Shown piece after piece: positions 37,308-48,045 of a stretch of DNA of 64,000 nucleotides. The stretch lies in assembly GCA_015493225.1 (NCBI GenBank), contig WGDO01000031.1:1355-65354 (forward strand), given 5' to 3'. Within the stretch, counting starts at the first letter, position 1. Every line of letters begins with the position of its first letter. Source of the stretch: Patescibacteria group bacterium (GTDB taxonomy: Bacteria; Patescibacteriota; Minisyncoccia; Moranbacterales; DUUL01). Below the pieces are notes generated by a model. That model was not told the DNA's origin. It saw only the letters and a list, made by a program, of their open reading frames with translations, and made no database searches. The position numbers and the translations under genes were made by a program.

Positions 37308-39683
37308 GTGAAACAGAAAATTGATAAAAATATTAGTCGTTATCGACGGGTGGTGACGAAAATAAATAAATTGGAGCCAACAATGGAGCAATTGGGAGAT
37401 AATGACTTTAGAGAAAAGACATTGTTTTTTAGGCGTGGACTGGAAAAGGGCGAGATAACGATTGATGATATTTTAGTTGAAGCTTATGCCTTGGTACGAG
37501 AAGCGGGGAAGAGAGTTTTGGGATTGAGAGCTTATAATGTGCAACTACAGGGAGCTTTGGCTGTGCAGGATCAGAAAATTGCGGAAATGAAAACAGGAGA
37601 GGGAAAAACTTTAACTATTTTGTTTCCAGCTTATTTAAATGCTCTGGAGGGCAGGGGGATGCACATTGTAACGGCAAATGATTATTTAGCAGAAAGGGAT
37701 GCTACGGAGATGAAACCGGTTTATGATTTGTTAGGAGTAAGTGTTGATTATATAACCAGCAAAACCAGCGTTTTTGATCGACAGGTGGCCTATGGAGCGG
37801 ATATTACCTATGCCACAAACAACGAAATCGGATTTGATTTTTTGAGGGATAATATGCTTTATGAGGCGAAAAACAAAAGACAGAGAGAATTGTATGCGGT
37901 AATTATTGATGAGGCAGATAGTGTTTTAATAGATGAGGCTCAAACGCCTTTGGTTATTTCCAATAATAAGGCTCAGGATGCCAGCGCTGGAGATATTTAT
38001 TTAAAATTAAAACCGATTATTTCTCAGTTTCAAAAAGATATTGATTACACGGTTAATTTTAAAGAACAAACAGTGGCTTTGACGCCGATGGGCTTGCAAA
38101 AAATTGAGCAGGGAGTGGGAGTTAATAATTTATATGAAGATGATGATGTGGATTATATTTATTATGTAACTCGTTTATTAAAGGCCTACGTTCTATTTGA
38201 AAGAGACAGGGATTACATCGTGGATAATGGGGAGGTGGTTATTGTGGACGAATTTACCGGGCGGTTGATGTACAATCACCGATATTATCAGGGAATTCAT
38301 CAAGCTATTGAGGCTAAGGAAGGACTGACTATTCAATCGGAAAATAAAACATTGGCTTCGGTAACATTTCAACATTTATTTAAGAGATATAAAAAAATGG
38401 CTGGTTTGACAGGAACGGCTTGGACGGCGCGTAAGGAATTTAGATTGTTTTTTAAGAAGGAAGTAGTTAGAATTCCAACTAATAAACCAATTAGAAGAAT
38501 TGATAAACCTGATAGATTTTTCGTTAGCTGGGAAGATAAAATGAACTATGTAACCTGGGCGACGCAGGAATATTATTTTAAAAAAGGAGCAACTTTAATT
38601 GGAACTCGTTCGGTGAAAAAATCAGAAGATGTTTACAAACATCTTTTGGAGTCAAACATTCCGGCACAGGTTTTAAATGCCCAACATACTAAGCGAGAAG
38701 CGGAAATTATTGCTCAGGCCGGACAGCCGCAAATGGTAACGGTGGCTACCAATATGGCTGGGCGGGGAACGGATATTAAATTGGCGGATACTGTAAAAGA
38801 GCAGTTAGGATTGTCAATATTTGGAACAGAAAGACACAACGCTCGGCGAATTGATAATCAGTTGATTGGACGGGGAGGTCGGCAGGGTGATCCAGGACAA
38901 TCACAGTTTTTGGTTTCGGCGGAAGATGTTTTAATTCAAACATATTTTAAGGATGATTATTTGAAAGTAATTCAAAGATTTGGTGATGTAAAACAAGGAG
39001 TGGAAAATAAAAAGTTGGAAAAAATTAGCAATAGGGCTCAGAGAAGAATGGAAGATGTTTTGTTTGATCAGCGGGTTTTGGGTTATGAATTTGATAAAGT
39101 CTTAGATAGACAACGAAAATCTTTTTATAAACAACGAAATAGGGTTTTGACTGATGAAGATTTAAGATCGGAAACATTGGATTTAATTCATAAAGAGCTT
39201 TATCGGTTGATGCTGACAAAATATAAACTGGGAAATAGGTCTTTTGCAGAAAAGCAAATTAGGGATGTTGCGGGAGAAATTAAAGTTTTGGTATCAAATG
39301 AATTTTTTAATAATTTGTTGGATGGTAAAATAACAGAATTGTTACAAAACGAAGGACATTCTCCAGTTGATGCTCAGGGTGCTATTTACCAAGCGGTGGA
39401 GGAATATTATAATCATTTGGAGAGCGTTTTGGGAATAGAAAAAATGAGAATGACAGAAAAAACTGTTACATTAAAAGTTTTGGATTTATTGTGGGTAAAG
39501 TATTTAGATGAAGTTATTCAAACCCAGGAAGCGTCATTGGTTTTATCCATTAGTCAGGGAGATTTTTTCAATGATTATGAAATAAAAATGTCTAAAGCTT
39601 ATCAGCAAATGTTATTGAGCATACCGAGAATTGTGGTGATGACGTTGTTTAGGACGGTTAATAAACTGAGCGCTGGAGTTTAG
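37308..39683 (+). CDS. secA: Preprotein translocase SecA-family ATPase (probably an accessory SecA2-like paralogue)
   Basis: EMKTGEGKT, NDYLA.RD, DEAD, GLTGTA, ATNMAGRGTDI, RRIDNQL.GR.GRQGDPG; 791 aa with a divergent C-terminus. Confidence 0.9.
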   Translation: MKQKIDKNISRYRRVVTKINKLEPTMEQLGDNDFREKTLFFRRGLEKGEITIDDILVEAYALVREAGKRVLGLRAYNVQLQGALAVQDQKIAEMKTGEGKTLTILFPAYLNALEGRGMHIVTANDYLAERDATEMKPVYDLLGVSVDYITSKTSVFDRQVAYGADITYATNNEIGFDFLRDNMLYEAKNKRQRELYAVIIDEADSVLIDEAQTPLVISNNKAQDASAGDIYLKLKPIISQFQKDIDYTVNFKEQTVALTPMGLQKIEQGVGVNNLYEDDDVDYIYYVTRLLKAYVLFERDRDYIVDNGEVVIVDEFTGRLMYNHRYYQGIHQAIEAKEGLTIQSENKTLASVTFQHLFKRYKKMAGLTGTAWTARKEFRLFFKKEVVRIPTNKPIRRIDKPDRFFVSWEDKMNYVTWATQEYYFKKGATLIGTRSVKKSEDVYKHLLESNIPAQVLNAQHTKREAEIIAQAGQPQMVTVATNMAGRGTDIKLADTVKEQLGLSIFGTERHNARRIDNQLIGRGGRQGDPGQSQFLVSAEDVLIQTYFKDDYLKVIQRFGDVKQGVENKKLEKISNRAQRRMEDVLFDQRVLGYEFDKVLDRQRKSFYKQRNRVLTDEDLRSETLDLIHKELYRLMLTKYKLGNRSFAEKQIRDVAGEIKVLVSNEFFNNLLDGKITELLQNEGHSPVDAQGAIYQAVEEYYNHLESVLGIEKMRMTEKTVTLKVLDLLWVKYLDEVIQTQEASLVLSISQGDFFNDYEIKMSKAYQQMLLSIPRIVVMTLFRTVNKLSAGV

Positions 39684-39902
39684 GTTGTTGAGTTTGTTTT
39701 TTGCGGGCGGGCCCTACAAAGGTATAAATATATGTTAATTTTAAGTTTTAAATTTTAAATTTTAATTCAATTTTAAATGTCTTAATTTTAATTTTTTTAA
39801 ACAAGTGTTAAATAATAGAGTGTAATTGGTTAAATTAAGATTTAAAATTAAAGCATTGAATTAAAATTTACAAATTACAAATTAAAATTATTATTTATAA
39901 TT

Positions 39903-41168
39903 ATGAAAGAAAGAACTAGAAAAATTTTGAAAAGATTGGGGGCAGGGCTTTTATTGGGCTTGAGTTTTTTGAATTTTGGTACTGGCTGGGGAAGACAAAA
40001 GGCGAAGAGTATTCCTCGACGGGCCCAAAATGTTAGAAAAGAAACAAAGGAAGAATTAAATCCAGAAGTTCAACAGATTGCGGATATTGCTGAAAAAGAG
40101 GCGGAGGATGTTATTAATCAACAGACTCAGGAACAGCAACAACAGCAACAAATGCAGGTGCAGACCCAGGCTCGAACTCAGACACAACAATTTTTGCGTT
40201 ATGCGACAGTTGGTGGATGGGGTGTGGCGATGGCAATGTTTTTTACTTCCATGGTTTTTAATTCGCCATTTGGTTTAGGTAAAGCAGTGTTATCATTATT
40301 GCCGGGAGAACCTCATGTGGCAGTATTATCAGCTCAGGCAGAAAAAAATATTTGGGAGGTTGGTGATTCGGTGGTGGTGGATATTAAGTTGGCTACCAAT
40401 CAGGAAAAAGTAAATTATTTTAAAACAGTTTTAACTTATAATCCAGATGTTTTACAATTTCAAAAATTTGATGTTGATAAAAATAAATTTAATAAGTTGG
40501 AGCAAAATCAAATTGACACTAAGAATGGCCGGATAACTTTTATCGTTAAGAGGAATAACGGAGCAGAATTTAAAAAGGATGTAATAGCTAAATTAGTATT
40601 TAAAGCTAAAAAAGATGTTCAAACAAATGTAAATATTATTCAAAAAGAATCTTTGGTATTGAAGACGAAAAAAGCTGATAATAAAGGATATAATATTTTG
40701 GGAAAAACTGTTTCGGCTAAATTTACAATTACCCAGAAAGCTAAAACAGATATTATTTGCCCAGAAGTTGAGGCTGTGTCTAGTCGGATGGATAGTCAAG
40801 AGTGGGAGAGAATTATTAAGGGTGCGCCAATTCCTGTTAAAAGTGATAAAAATACAGTGGTGGATAGCGGAAGTATTTCTTTGAGTTGTGCATTTTCTAG
40901 CGATGGTGTTTTGCAATTATTATTTACTGGTAAAACTTTTGCCAATAATATTAAATTGCTTAATAAATTGACTGGGAGAGAAGCAAAAATAATAAGAGAT
41001 TACTCTTGGACCGAGGGAGATAATTATTTTAAAGCAGCGGTTTTGGATACTAGTAAATGGACTAAGGAAAAACCGGGAGTTTTCAAAAATGCAGTTATTA
41101 ATTTTAAAATAAATGGTCAAAAAGTTAGATTGCCAGAAAAAGGGGTTGTTAATTTTTGGGAAGAATAA
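39903..41168 (+). CDS. Membrane-anchored protein with a poly-Gln linker and cohesin-like domain
   Basis: Two hydrophobic segments; VGDSVVVDI..LTYNPDVLQ..G.ITF..IAKLVFKAK cohesin-like pattern. Confidence 0.65.
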   Translation: MKERTRKILKRLGAGLLLGLSFLNFGTGWGRQKAKSIPRRAQNVRKETKEELNPEVQQIADIAEKEAEDVINQQTQEQQQQQQMQVQTQARTQTQQFLRYATVGGWGVAMAMFFTSMVFNSPFGLGKAVLSLLPGEPHVAVLSAQAEKNIWEVGDSVVVDIKLATNQEKVNYFKTVLTYNPDVLQFQKFDVDKNKFNKLEQNQIDTKNGRITFIVKRNNGAEFKKDVIAKLVFKAKKDVQTNVNIIQKESLVLKTKKADNKGYNILGKTVSAKFTITQKAKTDIICPEVEAVSSRMDSQEWERIIKGAPIPVKSDKNTVVDSGSISLSCAFSSDGVLQLLFTGKTFANNIKLLNKLTGREAKIIRDYSWTEGDNYFKAAVLDTSKWTKEKPGVFKNAVINFKINGQKVRLPEKGVVNFWEE

Positions 41169-41187
41169 AAACTAAAAGATAGATAAA

Positions 41188-42456
41188 GTGGAATCATTAT
41201 ACTACAAAGATTTTTATCATGTGGAAGCACAGAATTTTGATGTGACTGTTGAGGAAGAGTCTCTTTTTATGATACTTTTAAAGGCAACGGGAATTTTCTT
41301 TTTGATAACGTTTATTGTTTTTGGAATTGCTAATTATCAATTTGTAAAAGCTCAATTGTTAGATTGGCGAGGAGGAAATAATTATGCGGATTTTGATAAT
41401 GATTCAGATGGAGATGGTTTACCAGATTGGTGGGAAAGAAGATATGGTTTGAATTTAGAAGTCGATGATGCTGATGAGGATAATGATGGTGATGGAGCGA
41501 ACAATTTATTGGAGTATGAATTTGATACAAATCCTTTTGAGGCGGATACGGATGGGGACGGTTATACGGATGGACAGGAAATTAAAAATGGTTATAATCC
41601 AAACGGGGAAGGGCGACTTGATACAGATGGGGATGGAATTTATGATTGGTGGGAACAACAAAATGGTTTGGATAAAAATAATCCAAGTGATGCGGAAGAA
41701 GATTTTGATAGTGATGGATTAACAAATAAGGATGAATTTATTTATAATACTGACCCATCTAAAGCAGATACGGATGGAGACGGTGTGTCTGATGGTGATG
41801 AGGTAACTCAAAAAAGTAATCCTCATGGTAAGGGACCTTTACAAATAAATAAACAGACAATGGATGACGCAGACGGTGATGGTCTTGACTTATTTCATGA
41901 AAATTTATTTGGTAGTGATCCTAATAATCCAGATACAGATGGAGATGGGTTTAGTGATTACCGAGAAGTTTCTAGAGGCTATGACCCGACTGGGGGTAAA
42001 TATATTAATGCTACTTTACGTATTCCGGCTATAGGTGTAAATGCACCAATTATTTGGGTGCATACCGTTGATGAGAAAAAAGTATTAGATGATTTAGAGA
42101 AAGGAGTAATACATTATCCGGGAACCCCTATTCCTTCTATGAAAGGTAATAGTTATATTACAGGGCACAGTAGTTATTATTCTTGGAGTAAGAGTTCTTT
42201 TAAGGAAGTTTTAAAGGGGTTGAATAAATTAAAAGTTGGGGATGAAATAATTTTTACTTTTAAGTTGTCCAGTGGGAAAACTACGGATATAGTTTATGAA
42301 GTAACTCAGCCGGGTATTGTTGTTTTACCAAATGATGATAGATTATTTAGTGATTCTGAAGGGTATGAAGTAACGCTAGTTACCTGTTGGCCCATAGGAA
42401 CTAATTTAAAAAGAATGATGGTAAAGGCGAAATTGAAGAGACCGGCGTTGAAATAG
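41188..42456 (+). CDS. Sortase fused to Ca-binding D(S/T)DGDG (thrombospondin type-3-like) repeats
   Basis: N-terminal TM; repeated D.DGDG..D..E; LRIP.IG, GVIHYP, ITGHSS, TLVTCWP..R sortase triad. Confidence 0.88.
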   Translation: MESLYYKDFYHVEAQNFDVTVEEESLFMILLKATGIFFLITFIVFGIANYQFVKAQLLDWRGGNNYADFDNDSDGDGLPDWWERRYGLNLEVDDADEDNDGDGANNLLEYEFDTNPFEADTDGDGYTDGQEIKNGYNPNGEGRLDTDGDGIYDWWEQQNGLDKNNPSDAEEDFDSDGLTNKDEFIYNTDPSKADTDGDGVSDGDEVTQKSNPHGKGPLQINKQTMDDADGDGLDLFHENLFGSDPNNPDTDGDGFSDYREVSRGYDPTGGKYINATLRIPAIGVNAPIIWVHTVDEKKVLDDLEKGVIHYPGTPIPSMKGNSYITGHSSYYSWSKSSFKEVLKGLNKLKVGDEIIFTFKLSSGKTTDIVYEVTQPGIVVLPNDDRLFSDSEGYEVTLVTCWPIGTNLKRMMVKAKLKRPALK

Positions 42457-42634
42457 ATAAGTAGATGGTGGATAGTAGATAGTAGATGGTAGTAAATAGT
42501 GAATAAAATTTTAAATTTTAAGTTTTAAATTTTAAATGAATTTTAAATTTCCAATTTTGAATTTTGATTGAATATTTAATGAGATAATTTTGATTTTAAA
42601 ATATTCGAATTTTAATAAATTATAAAAAAATATT

Positions 42635-43435
42635 ATGCAAGAAGAAAATAATAAAGAAATAAAAGAAAACAATGAAGTGATGTTTTCGGTGGTTATTCCG
42701 ACTTATAATGAGGCTAGTAAAGAAGATGATATGCGAAAACATTTGGCGTCTATTAAAGATTATTTTGAAAAGTTAGGGCAAAGTTATGAGGTGTTAATTG
42801 TTTTGGATGGGCCCACTGACGGGAAAACTCCTCAACTGGTTAAGGAAATTGCTAAAACAAATTCAGCCATTAGGGTGATAAACAGAAAGAAAAATAAGGG
42901 CAAGGGTTATACAGTTCGAGAGGGTTTTATGAAAGCTAAAGGGCAGATCAGATTGTTTACTGATATGGATGGAGCAACGCCAATTAATATGTTGGATAGG
43001 TTTATTCCAGAGTTTCAAAAGGGAGCTGATATTGTGATTGGTTCGCGGGATTTACATGAATCACGTATTGATGTTCATCAGCCAAAATGGAAAGAATGGT
43101 TGGGTGATTTTGGGAATTTATTAATCCAGTTCATTGGTGGACTATGGGGTATGAAAGATACACAATGTGGATTTAAGGCATTTACAAAGCAAGCAGTGGA
43201 AGATATTATTCCCAGAACAACGGTTGATCGTTGGGGAATTGATTTTGAATTATTAATAATTGGAAAAAAACTGGGTTATAAAATAAAAGAAGTGCCAGTG
43301 GAATGGATTGATAGAGGAGATAGTTTAGTTGGTTTGAGTGGATATTTTTCTACTTTTGGAGATTTGTTTAGGACGAGGTGGAATGTAATTAGGGGAGTTT
43401 ATAGGTTGGATGAAGCGGTGGATGATAGAGAGTAG
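42635..43435 (+). CDS. GT2 polyprenyl-phosphate glycosyltransferase (dolichyl-P-glucose synthase-like)
   Basis: SVVIPTYNE, NKGKG, FTDMD, IGSR, DTQCGFKAF. Confidence 0.9.
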   Translation: MQEENNKEIKENNEVMFSVVIPTYNEASKEDDMRKHLASIKDYFEKLGQSYEVLIVLDGPTDGKTPQLVKEIAKTNSAIRVINRKKNKGKGYTVREGFMKAKGQIRLFTDMDGATPINMLDRFIPEFQKGADIVIGSRDLHESRIDVHQPKWKEWLGDFGNLLIQFIGGLWGMKDTQCGFKAFTKQAVEDIIPRTTVDRWGIDFELLIIGKKLGYKIKEVPVEWIDRGDSLVGLSGYFSTFGDLFRTRWNVIRGVYRLDEAVDDRE

Positions 43436-43785
43436 TCCTTTGGTTCCCCTCCTTTGGTAAAGGAGGGGTTAGGGGAGGATTTGGTTTTTCAAATTTGAAA
43501 TTTTCAATCTCATCCCTAAACGGGAGATAAAAATTTGCAATGTTTAAATTTAAAATGATTGAAATAATGGTGAACTTAGAGCATTAGATGACTTATAGTT
43601 TGTTTGTAAAAATTAAAATTTAAAACTAAAAATTCTAAAAATCCCCCCTTAGTCCCCCCTTTACAAAGAGGGGAAACTAGGAAACAATTCTTTCTTTACA
43701 AAAAGAAGAGAAAATTAGAAAATAACTATCCCTTCACCGTAAACATTAAATTATGCACTATAAACTAAATAATTAAAACAAAAAT

Positions 43786-44835
43786 ATGTTATTTAAAAAA
43801 CAAAAAACAAAAACAAAAGTGGAGCGAGATGGTGGCTACAGTGAGCTGAGGCAAGATTTGGTTACGGGGGATTGGGTGGTAATTGCTAGTGCCAGAGGAA
43901 AACGACCGCATAAAAATAAGGAGATGGAACCGGCCTGGAGAGCAGAAGATATTCCGAAAGAAAAAGATTGTTTGTTTTGTCATCCAGAGAAAACTGGACA
44001 GGTGCCAGATGTTTTAATGTATGTTGATTCTAATGATGAGTGGACTACTAGAATTTTTCCTAATAAATATCCGGCATTTAAGCCACTAAAAAATAATAGG
44101 CAGGTTAAACATCTGGAAGAGGGGCCGTATTTTTTGATGGATGGAGTTGGATATCACGATTTAATTGTTACCAGAGATCATAATCGTCAGATGGGACAAA
44201 TGGAAACAGAGGAAGTGGCAGAGGTGCTGGATGCTTATCAGACGAGATATTTGGAGTTAATGAATAAAAAATTTGTAAGGTATATTGAGATTTTTCATAA
44301 TTATGGAAAAGAGGCTGGTGGTTCGATTTATCATCCTCATTCACAATTGATGGCTATTCCAGTTATTTCTCCTTATATTAATGGAGAGTTGCGAGGGGCG
44401 GAGCAGTATGAAAGGGAGAGAGGAGAATGTGTTTATTGTACGATGTTAGAAGAAGAACAAAAAGTAAAAAAAAGAATAGTTTATGAAAATGATGATTTTA
44501 TTGCTTTTTGTCCTTTTGCTTCTCGGCGAGCTTATGAAGTGTGGGTTATGCCTAAAAAACATCAGCCATATTTTGAGCGTTTAACGGACGAAGAAAAGTT
44601 GTCGGCAGGAGAAGTTTTAAAAGAAGCTTTGGGACGGATTGATAAAAAATTAAATGGGGTGGCTTATAATTTTTATTTACATACTTCACCCTGTGATGGA
44701 AAAGATTATTATTCTTTTCATTGGCATTTTGAGATTTTGCCAAAAACTTCTATTTGGGCTGGGTTTGAACTTTCCACGGGAATAGAAATTAATGCTGTGT
44801 CGCCGGAGAAGGCAGCGGAGGAATTGAGAGATTAA
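43786..44835 (+). CDS. galT: Galactose-1-phosphate uridylyltransferase
   Basis: ELRQD..TG.WV, CLFC, NKYPA, HPHSQ active site, HWHFEI. Confidence 0.9.
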   Translation: MLFKKQKTKTKVERDGGYSELRQDLVTGDWVVIASARGKRPHKNKEMEPAWRAEDIPKEKDCLFCHPEKTGQVPDVLMYVDSNDEWTTRIFPNKYPAFKPLKNNRQVKHLEEGPYFLMDGVGYHDLIVTRDHNRQMGQMETEEVAEVLDAYQTRYLELMNKKFVRYIEIFHNYGKEAGGSIYHPHSQLMAIPVISPYINGELRGAEQYERERGECVYCTMLEEEQKVKKRIVYENDDFIAFCPFASRRAYEVWVMPKKHQPYFERLTDEEKLSAGEVLKEALGRIDKKLNGVAYNFYLHTSPCDGKDYYSFHWHFEILPKTSIWAGFELSTGIEINAVSPEKAAEELRD

Positions 44836-45019
44836 ACCATCGATATTATTTATCATTTGTAGTTTTAATGAAATGATATAAAAAAGTTGTCTTTCTTTTT
44901 ACAAAAATGGATGGTTTAAAATTTTAAATTTTAAATTTTAATTCAAACTTTATTTTTTTAATTTTAAATGATTGAAATAAACATGAGGTTAAAATAGTAA
45001 TAGATAAAAAATATCAAAA

Positions 45020-46075
45020 ATGATAAGTGAAAAATATAAATCTAAAAAAAGAAATGACGTTAAAGACACTAGTAAAAATAGTAAGGCTGGTAACGCTAAG
45101 TTTATTATTAGTGTTTTTTTGATTATTCTAGTAGCGTTATTGGTAGGGGGAAAGTGGTATTTTAATAAATATGATACTAGTGATTATGAGCATATTGGAT
45201 TTTTCCCCACCACTAAATTAAAACCAACTTGGGAGAGAAAAATTAAAACTAATCAAAAAATAAAAATTGGTTTTATCACTGATACACATGTTCATCCAAA
45301 GCGAATACATCGAGAAAATAGAGCTGATGATGCTCCTCGATATTTACCGGAAAAATTAATGGCGCCTCTAGTTGAATTTCAGGATGATATGATAAAATTT
45401 AAACCTGATTTTACAGTTCATCTGGGAGACGTTATTGAAGGAACTAATGAAAAAGATTTTGTTGGCATTGCTGGGATTAAGTTGGTGCGCGATGAGTTGG
45501 AAAAAATTGGAGTACCGGCTTGGTTTGTGCTGGGGAATCATGATGTAAGGGCAGTTACTAAACAACAATTTAAGGAGACATTGCTGATTGATTCTCTAAA
45601 TAGAGTTATAGACGTGGGAGATTATCGTTTTATTATTTTAGATGGTGATTTTAAGCCGACCGGAGAAGATACCTTTCCGAAGCATGGTTATACTCGGGGA
45701 TATTTACCTGACAAAGTTTTACAGTGGTTGGAGCCAAAGCTACAGACGAATAAGCAGGTTGTTGTTTTAATGCATTTTGCGGCTTGGCCTTCACAACTAA
45801 TTGGTACTAAGAGAGGTATAATAGGTAATGCTGAAAAATTGCGAGCGATGATGGAGAAATATAATGTTTTGGCAATTTTTAATGGACATATTGAAAAGAA
45901 AAAATATGCTAATGTGAATGGAACTCAATTTTTTTCTTTTACTGGGACGAAAGAAAGTGACGAATATAAAAACTGTTTTTATGAAGTGACTTTTCAAGGT
46001 AATGATATCAAAGTGACAATGTATTATGTCGACCCACAAACAGGGGAACATAAAGTTGTTGATTTTAAGCAATAG
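45020..46075 (+). CDS. Membrane-anchored calcineurin-like metallophosphoesterase
   Basis: DTH, GD, GNHD, H, GH motifs; N-terminal TM. Confidence 0.88.
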   Translation: MISEKYKSKKRNDVKDTSKNSKAGNAKFIISVFLIILVALLVGGKWYFNKYDTSDYEHIGFFPTTKLKPTWERKIKTNQKIKIGFITDTHVHPKRIHRENRADDAPRYLPEKLMAPLVEFQDDMIKFKPDFTVHLGDVIEGTNEKDFVGIAGIKLVRDELEKIGVPAWFVLGNHDVRAVTKQQFKETLLIDSLNRVIDVGDYRFIILDGDFKPTGEDTFPKHGYTRGYLPDKVLQWLEPKLQTNKQVVVLMHFAAWPSQLIGTKRGIIGNAEKLRAMMEKYNVLAIFNGHIEKKKYANVNGTQFFSFTGTKESDEYKNCFYEVTFQGNDIKVTMYYVDPQTGEHKVVDFKQ

Positions 46076-46089
46076 ATCTAATAATTTAG

Positions 46090-46117
46090 TTGACATTTCG
46101 AAAGTTGGATGTAGAAT
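46090..46117 (+). promoter_or_regulatory. Sigma70 promoter of gatCA
   Basis: TTGACA-16-TAGAAT. Confidence 0.6.
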
Positions 46118-46154
46118 AAGGGGTGTAATTTTAAATTTGTAACTTTTTAAAAGT

Positions 46155-46469
46155 ATGTCGAAAAGTATAACAATTGAGGAAGTTAAATATACGGCGGAAT
46201 TGGCACGGTTGGAGTTTAGTGATGAAAAATTAGAAAAAATGACGAAAGATTTAGGTGATATTTTAGGTTATTTTGAAGACTTGGCAGAGGCGGATACTAG
46301 TCAAGATGTTAAAATTAATCATTATGATTTTATTTCTGAGAGAAAAAATCATTTTCGGGAAGATGAAGTCGTGCCAGCGGAGGAGAAAACGAAAGAAATA
46401 ATTAAAGATAATTTTCCAGAAAAACAAGGAGAGTTATTGGCTGTTAAATCTATATTAACCAAGAAATAA
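46155..46469 (+). CDS. gatC: Asp/Glu-tRNA amidotransferase subunit C
   Basis: A.LARL, FRED motifs; precedes gatA. Confidence 0.9.
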   Translation: MSKSITIEEVKYTAELARLEFSDEKLEKMTKDLGDILGYFEDLAEADTSQDVKINHYDFISERKNHFREDEVVPAEEKTKEIIKDNFPEKQGELLAVKSILTKK

Positions 46470-46470
46470 A

Positions 46471-47916
46471 ATGATTAAAAAAATACATAAACAAATTCAA
46501 AGTGGAGAAAAAACCAGTGAAGAAATTTGCCGGGAATATTTAGGTAAAATTAAAGAACAAAATGAAGAGTTAAACGCTTTTATTGAAGTGTATGAGGAAG
46601 AGGAAATTCTAGAACAGGCGAAACAGGTTGATGAAAAAGTGAAAAATGGTGAGAAAATTAAATTGTTAGAAGGAATTCCTTGTGGAATTAAAGATTTAAT
46701 TAATATTCAAGGAAAAAAAACAACGGCTGGCTCCAGAATGATGGAAAATTATGTAGCTTCGGAAGATGCGGAAGTTATTAGGCGGTTGAAAAAGGAGGGT
46801 GTAATTTTTATGGGAAAGGCAAATTTGGATGAATTTGCCATGGGAGCTTCCGGAGAAAATTCCGCTTTTGGTTCGACTAAAAATCCTTATGATACAACCA
46901 AGGTGCCAGGTGGTTCTTCTAGTGGGTCGGCGGTGGCGGTGGCTTCTGAAATGTCTCCTTGGGCTCTGGGAACGGATACAGGAGGTTCTATTCGTCAGCC
47001 CTCTGGTTTTTGTGGGGTGGTGGGAATGAAACCAACCTATGGACGAGTGTCGCGACGAGGTGTTTTCCCTATGGCAACCAGTTATGATCAGGTTGGTCCG
47101 ATTGCTCAGACAGTGGAAGATGTGGCTATTGTTTTGCAAGTAATTGCTGGAGAAGACAAACAGGATAACACTACTATTAAAGAGAGTAATTTGGAAAATA
47201 AATTGGCAGAATTGGATGGAGATTTGAAAGGAGTAAAAATTGGTTATGTGAGAGAATTTTTTGAAAAGGAGGGATTGGATGATGATGTGCGAGATTTAGT
47301 AAAAGGAAAGATAGATTGGGCAAAGGAACAGGGAGCAGAAATTGTGGATGTAGAGTTACCAAATTTTAAATATTCTTTGGCGACTTATTATTTAATGATT
47401 ACCTCAGAGGTTAGTTCTAATATGGCGAGAATTGATGGGATTAGATTTGGTTTTAATGAGGCGGTTGATGGAGCGGGAGAAAGTAAAAATTTATTGGATG
47501 TCTATCAAAAATCTCGTTCCCTGGGATTGGGAGAAGAGGTGCAGAGGCGAATTGTTTTGGGAACTTATGCTTTGTCGGCTGGTTACTACGATGCTTATTA
47601 TAAAAAGGCGCAGGCAGTGCGAGAATTAATTAAAGATGATCTGCGAAAAGCCTTTGAGAAAGTTGATTTTATTATTGCGCCTACTTCGCCGACACCGGCC
47701 TTTAGATTGGGAGATAAAACCGATGACCCTTTGGCGATGTATTTGGCGGATATTTACACGGTGACCGCTAATGTGGCGATGATTCCAGCCATTGCTTTGC
47801 CAGCGGGGAAAGTGGAGCGAGAAGGAAAAGAGTTGCCAGTAGGAATGCAATTATTGGGTAAGTGGTGGGACGATTGGAAATTATTGAGTTGGGCGAAGGG
47901 GTTTGAGAATAATTAG
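46471..47916 (+). CDS. gatA: Asp/Glu-tRNA amidotransferase subunit A
   Basis: KD, DEFAMG, GGSSSGS, GTDTGGSIRQP, RRIVLG, YYDAYY. Confidence 0.97.
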   Translation: MIKKIHKQIQSGEKTSEEICREYLGKIKEQNEELNAFIEVYEEEEILEQAKQVDEKVKNGEKIKLLEGIPCGIKDLINIQGKKTTAGSRMMENYVASEDAEVIRRLKKEGVIFMGKANLDEFAMGASGENSAFGSTKNPYDTTKVPGGSSSGSAVAVASEMSPWALGTDTGGSIRQPSGFCGVVGMKPTYGRVSRRGVFPMATSYDQVGPIAQTVEDVAIVLQVIAGEDKQDNTTIKESNLENKLAELDGDLKGVKIGYVREFFEKEGLDDDVRDLVKGKIDWAKEQGAEIVDVELPNFKYSLATYYLMITSEVSSNMARIDGIRFGFNEAVDGAGESKNLLDVYQKSRSLGLGEEVQRRIVLGTYALSAGYYDAYYKKAQAVRELIKDDLRKAFEKVDFIIAPTSPTPAFRLGDKTDDPLAMYLADIYTVTANVAMIPAIALPAGKVEREGKELPVGMQLLGKWWDDWKLLSWAKGFENN

Positions 47917-47944
47917 GAATTAAGAATTTAGAATTAAGAGTTTA

Positions 47945-47976
47945 AAAAAACAGCTTTGATGACAAAGCTGTTTTTT
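47945..47976. terminator. Bidirectional intrinsic terminator
   Basis: AAAAAACAGCTTTG-ATGA-CAAAGCTGTTTTTT between convergent genes. Confidence 0.8.
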
Positions 47977-48045
47977 GATTGTAAAACCCCTCAAAATTTT
48001 TGTTCCTTAAATTTTAATCTCCTTTATATAGGAGATAAATGAGAT

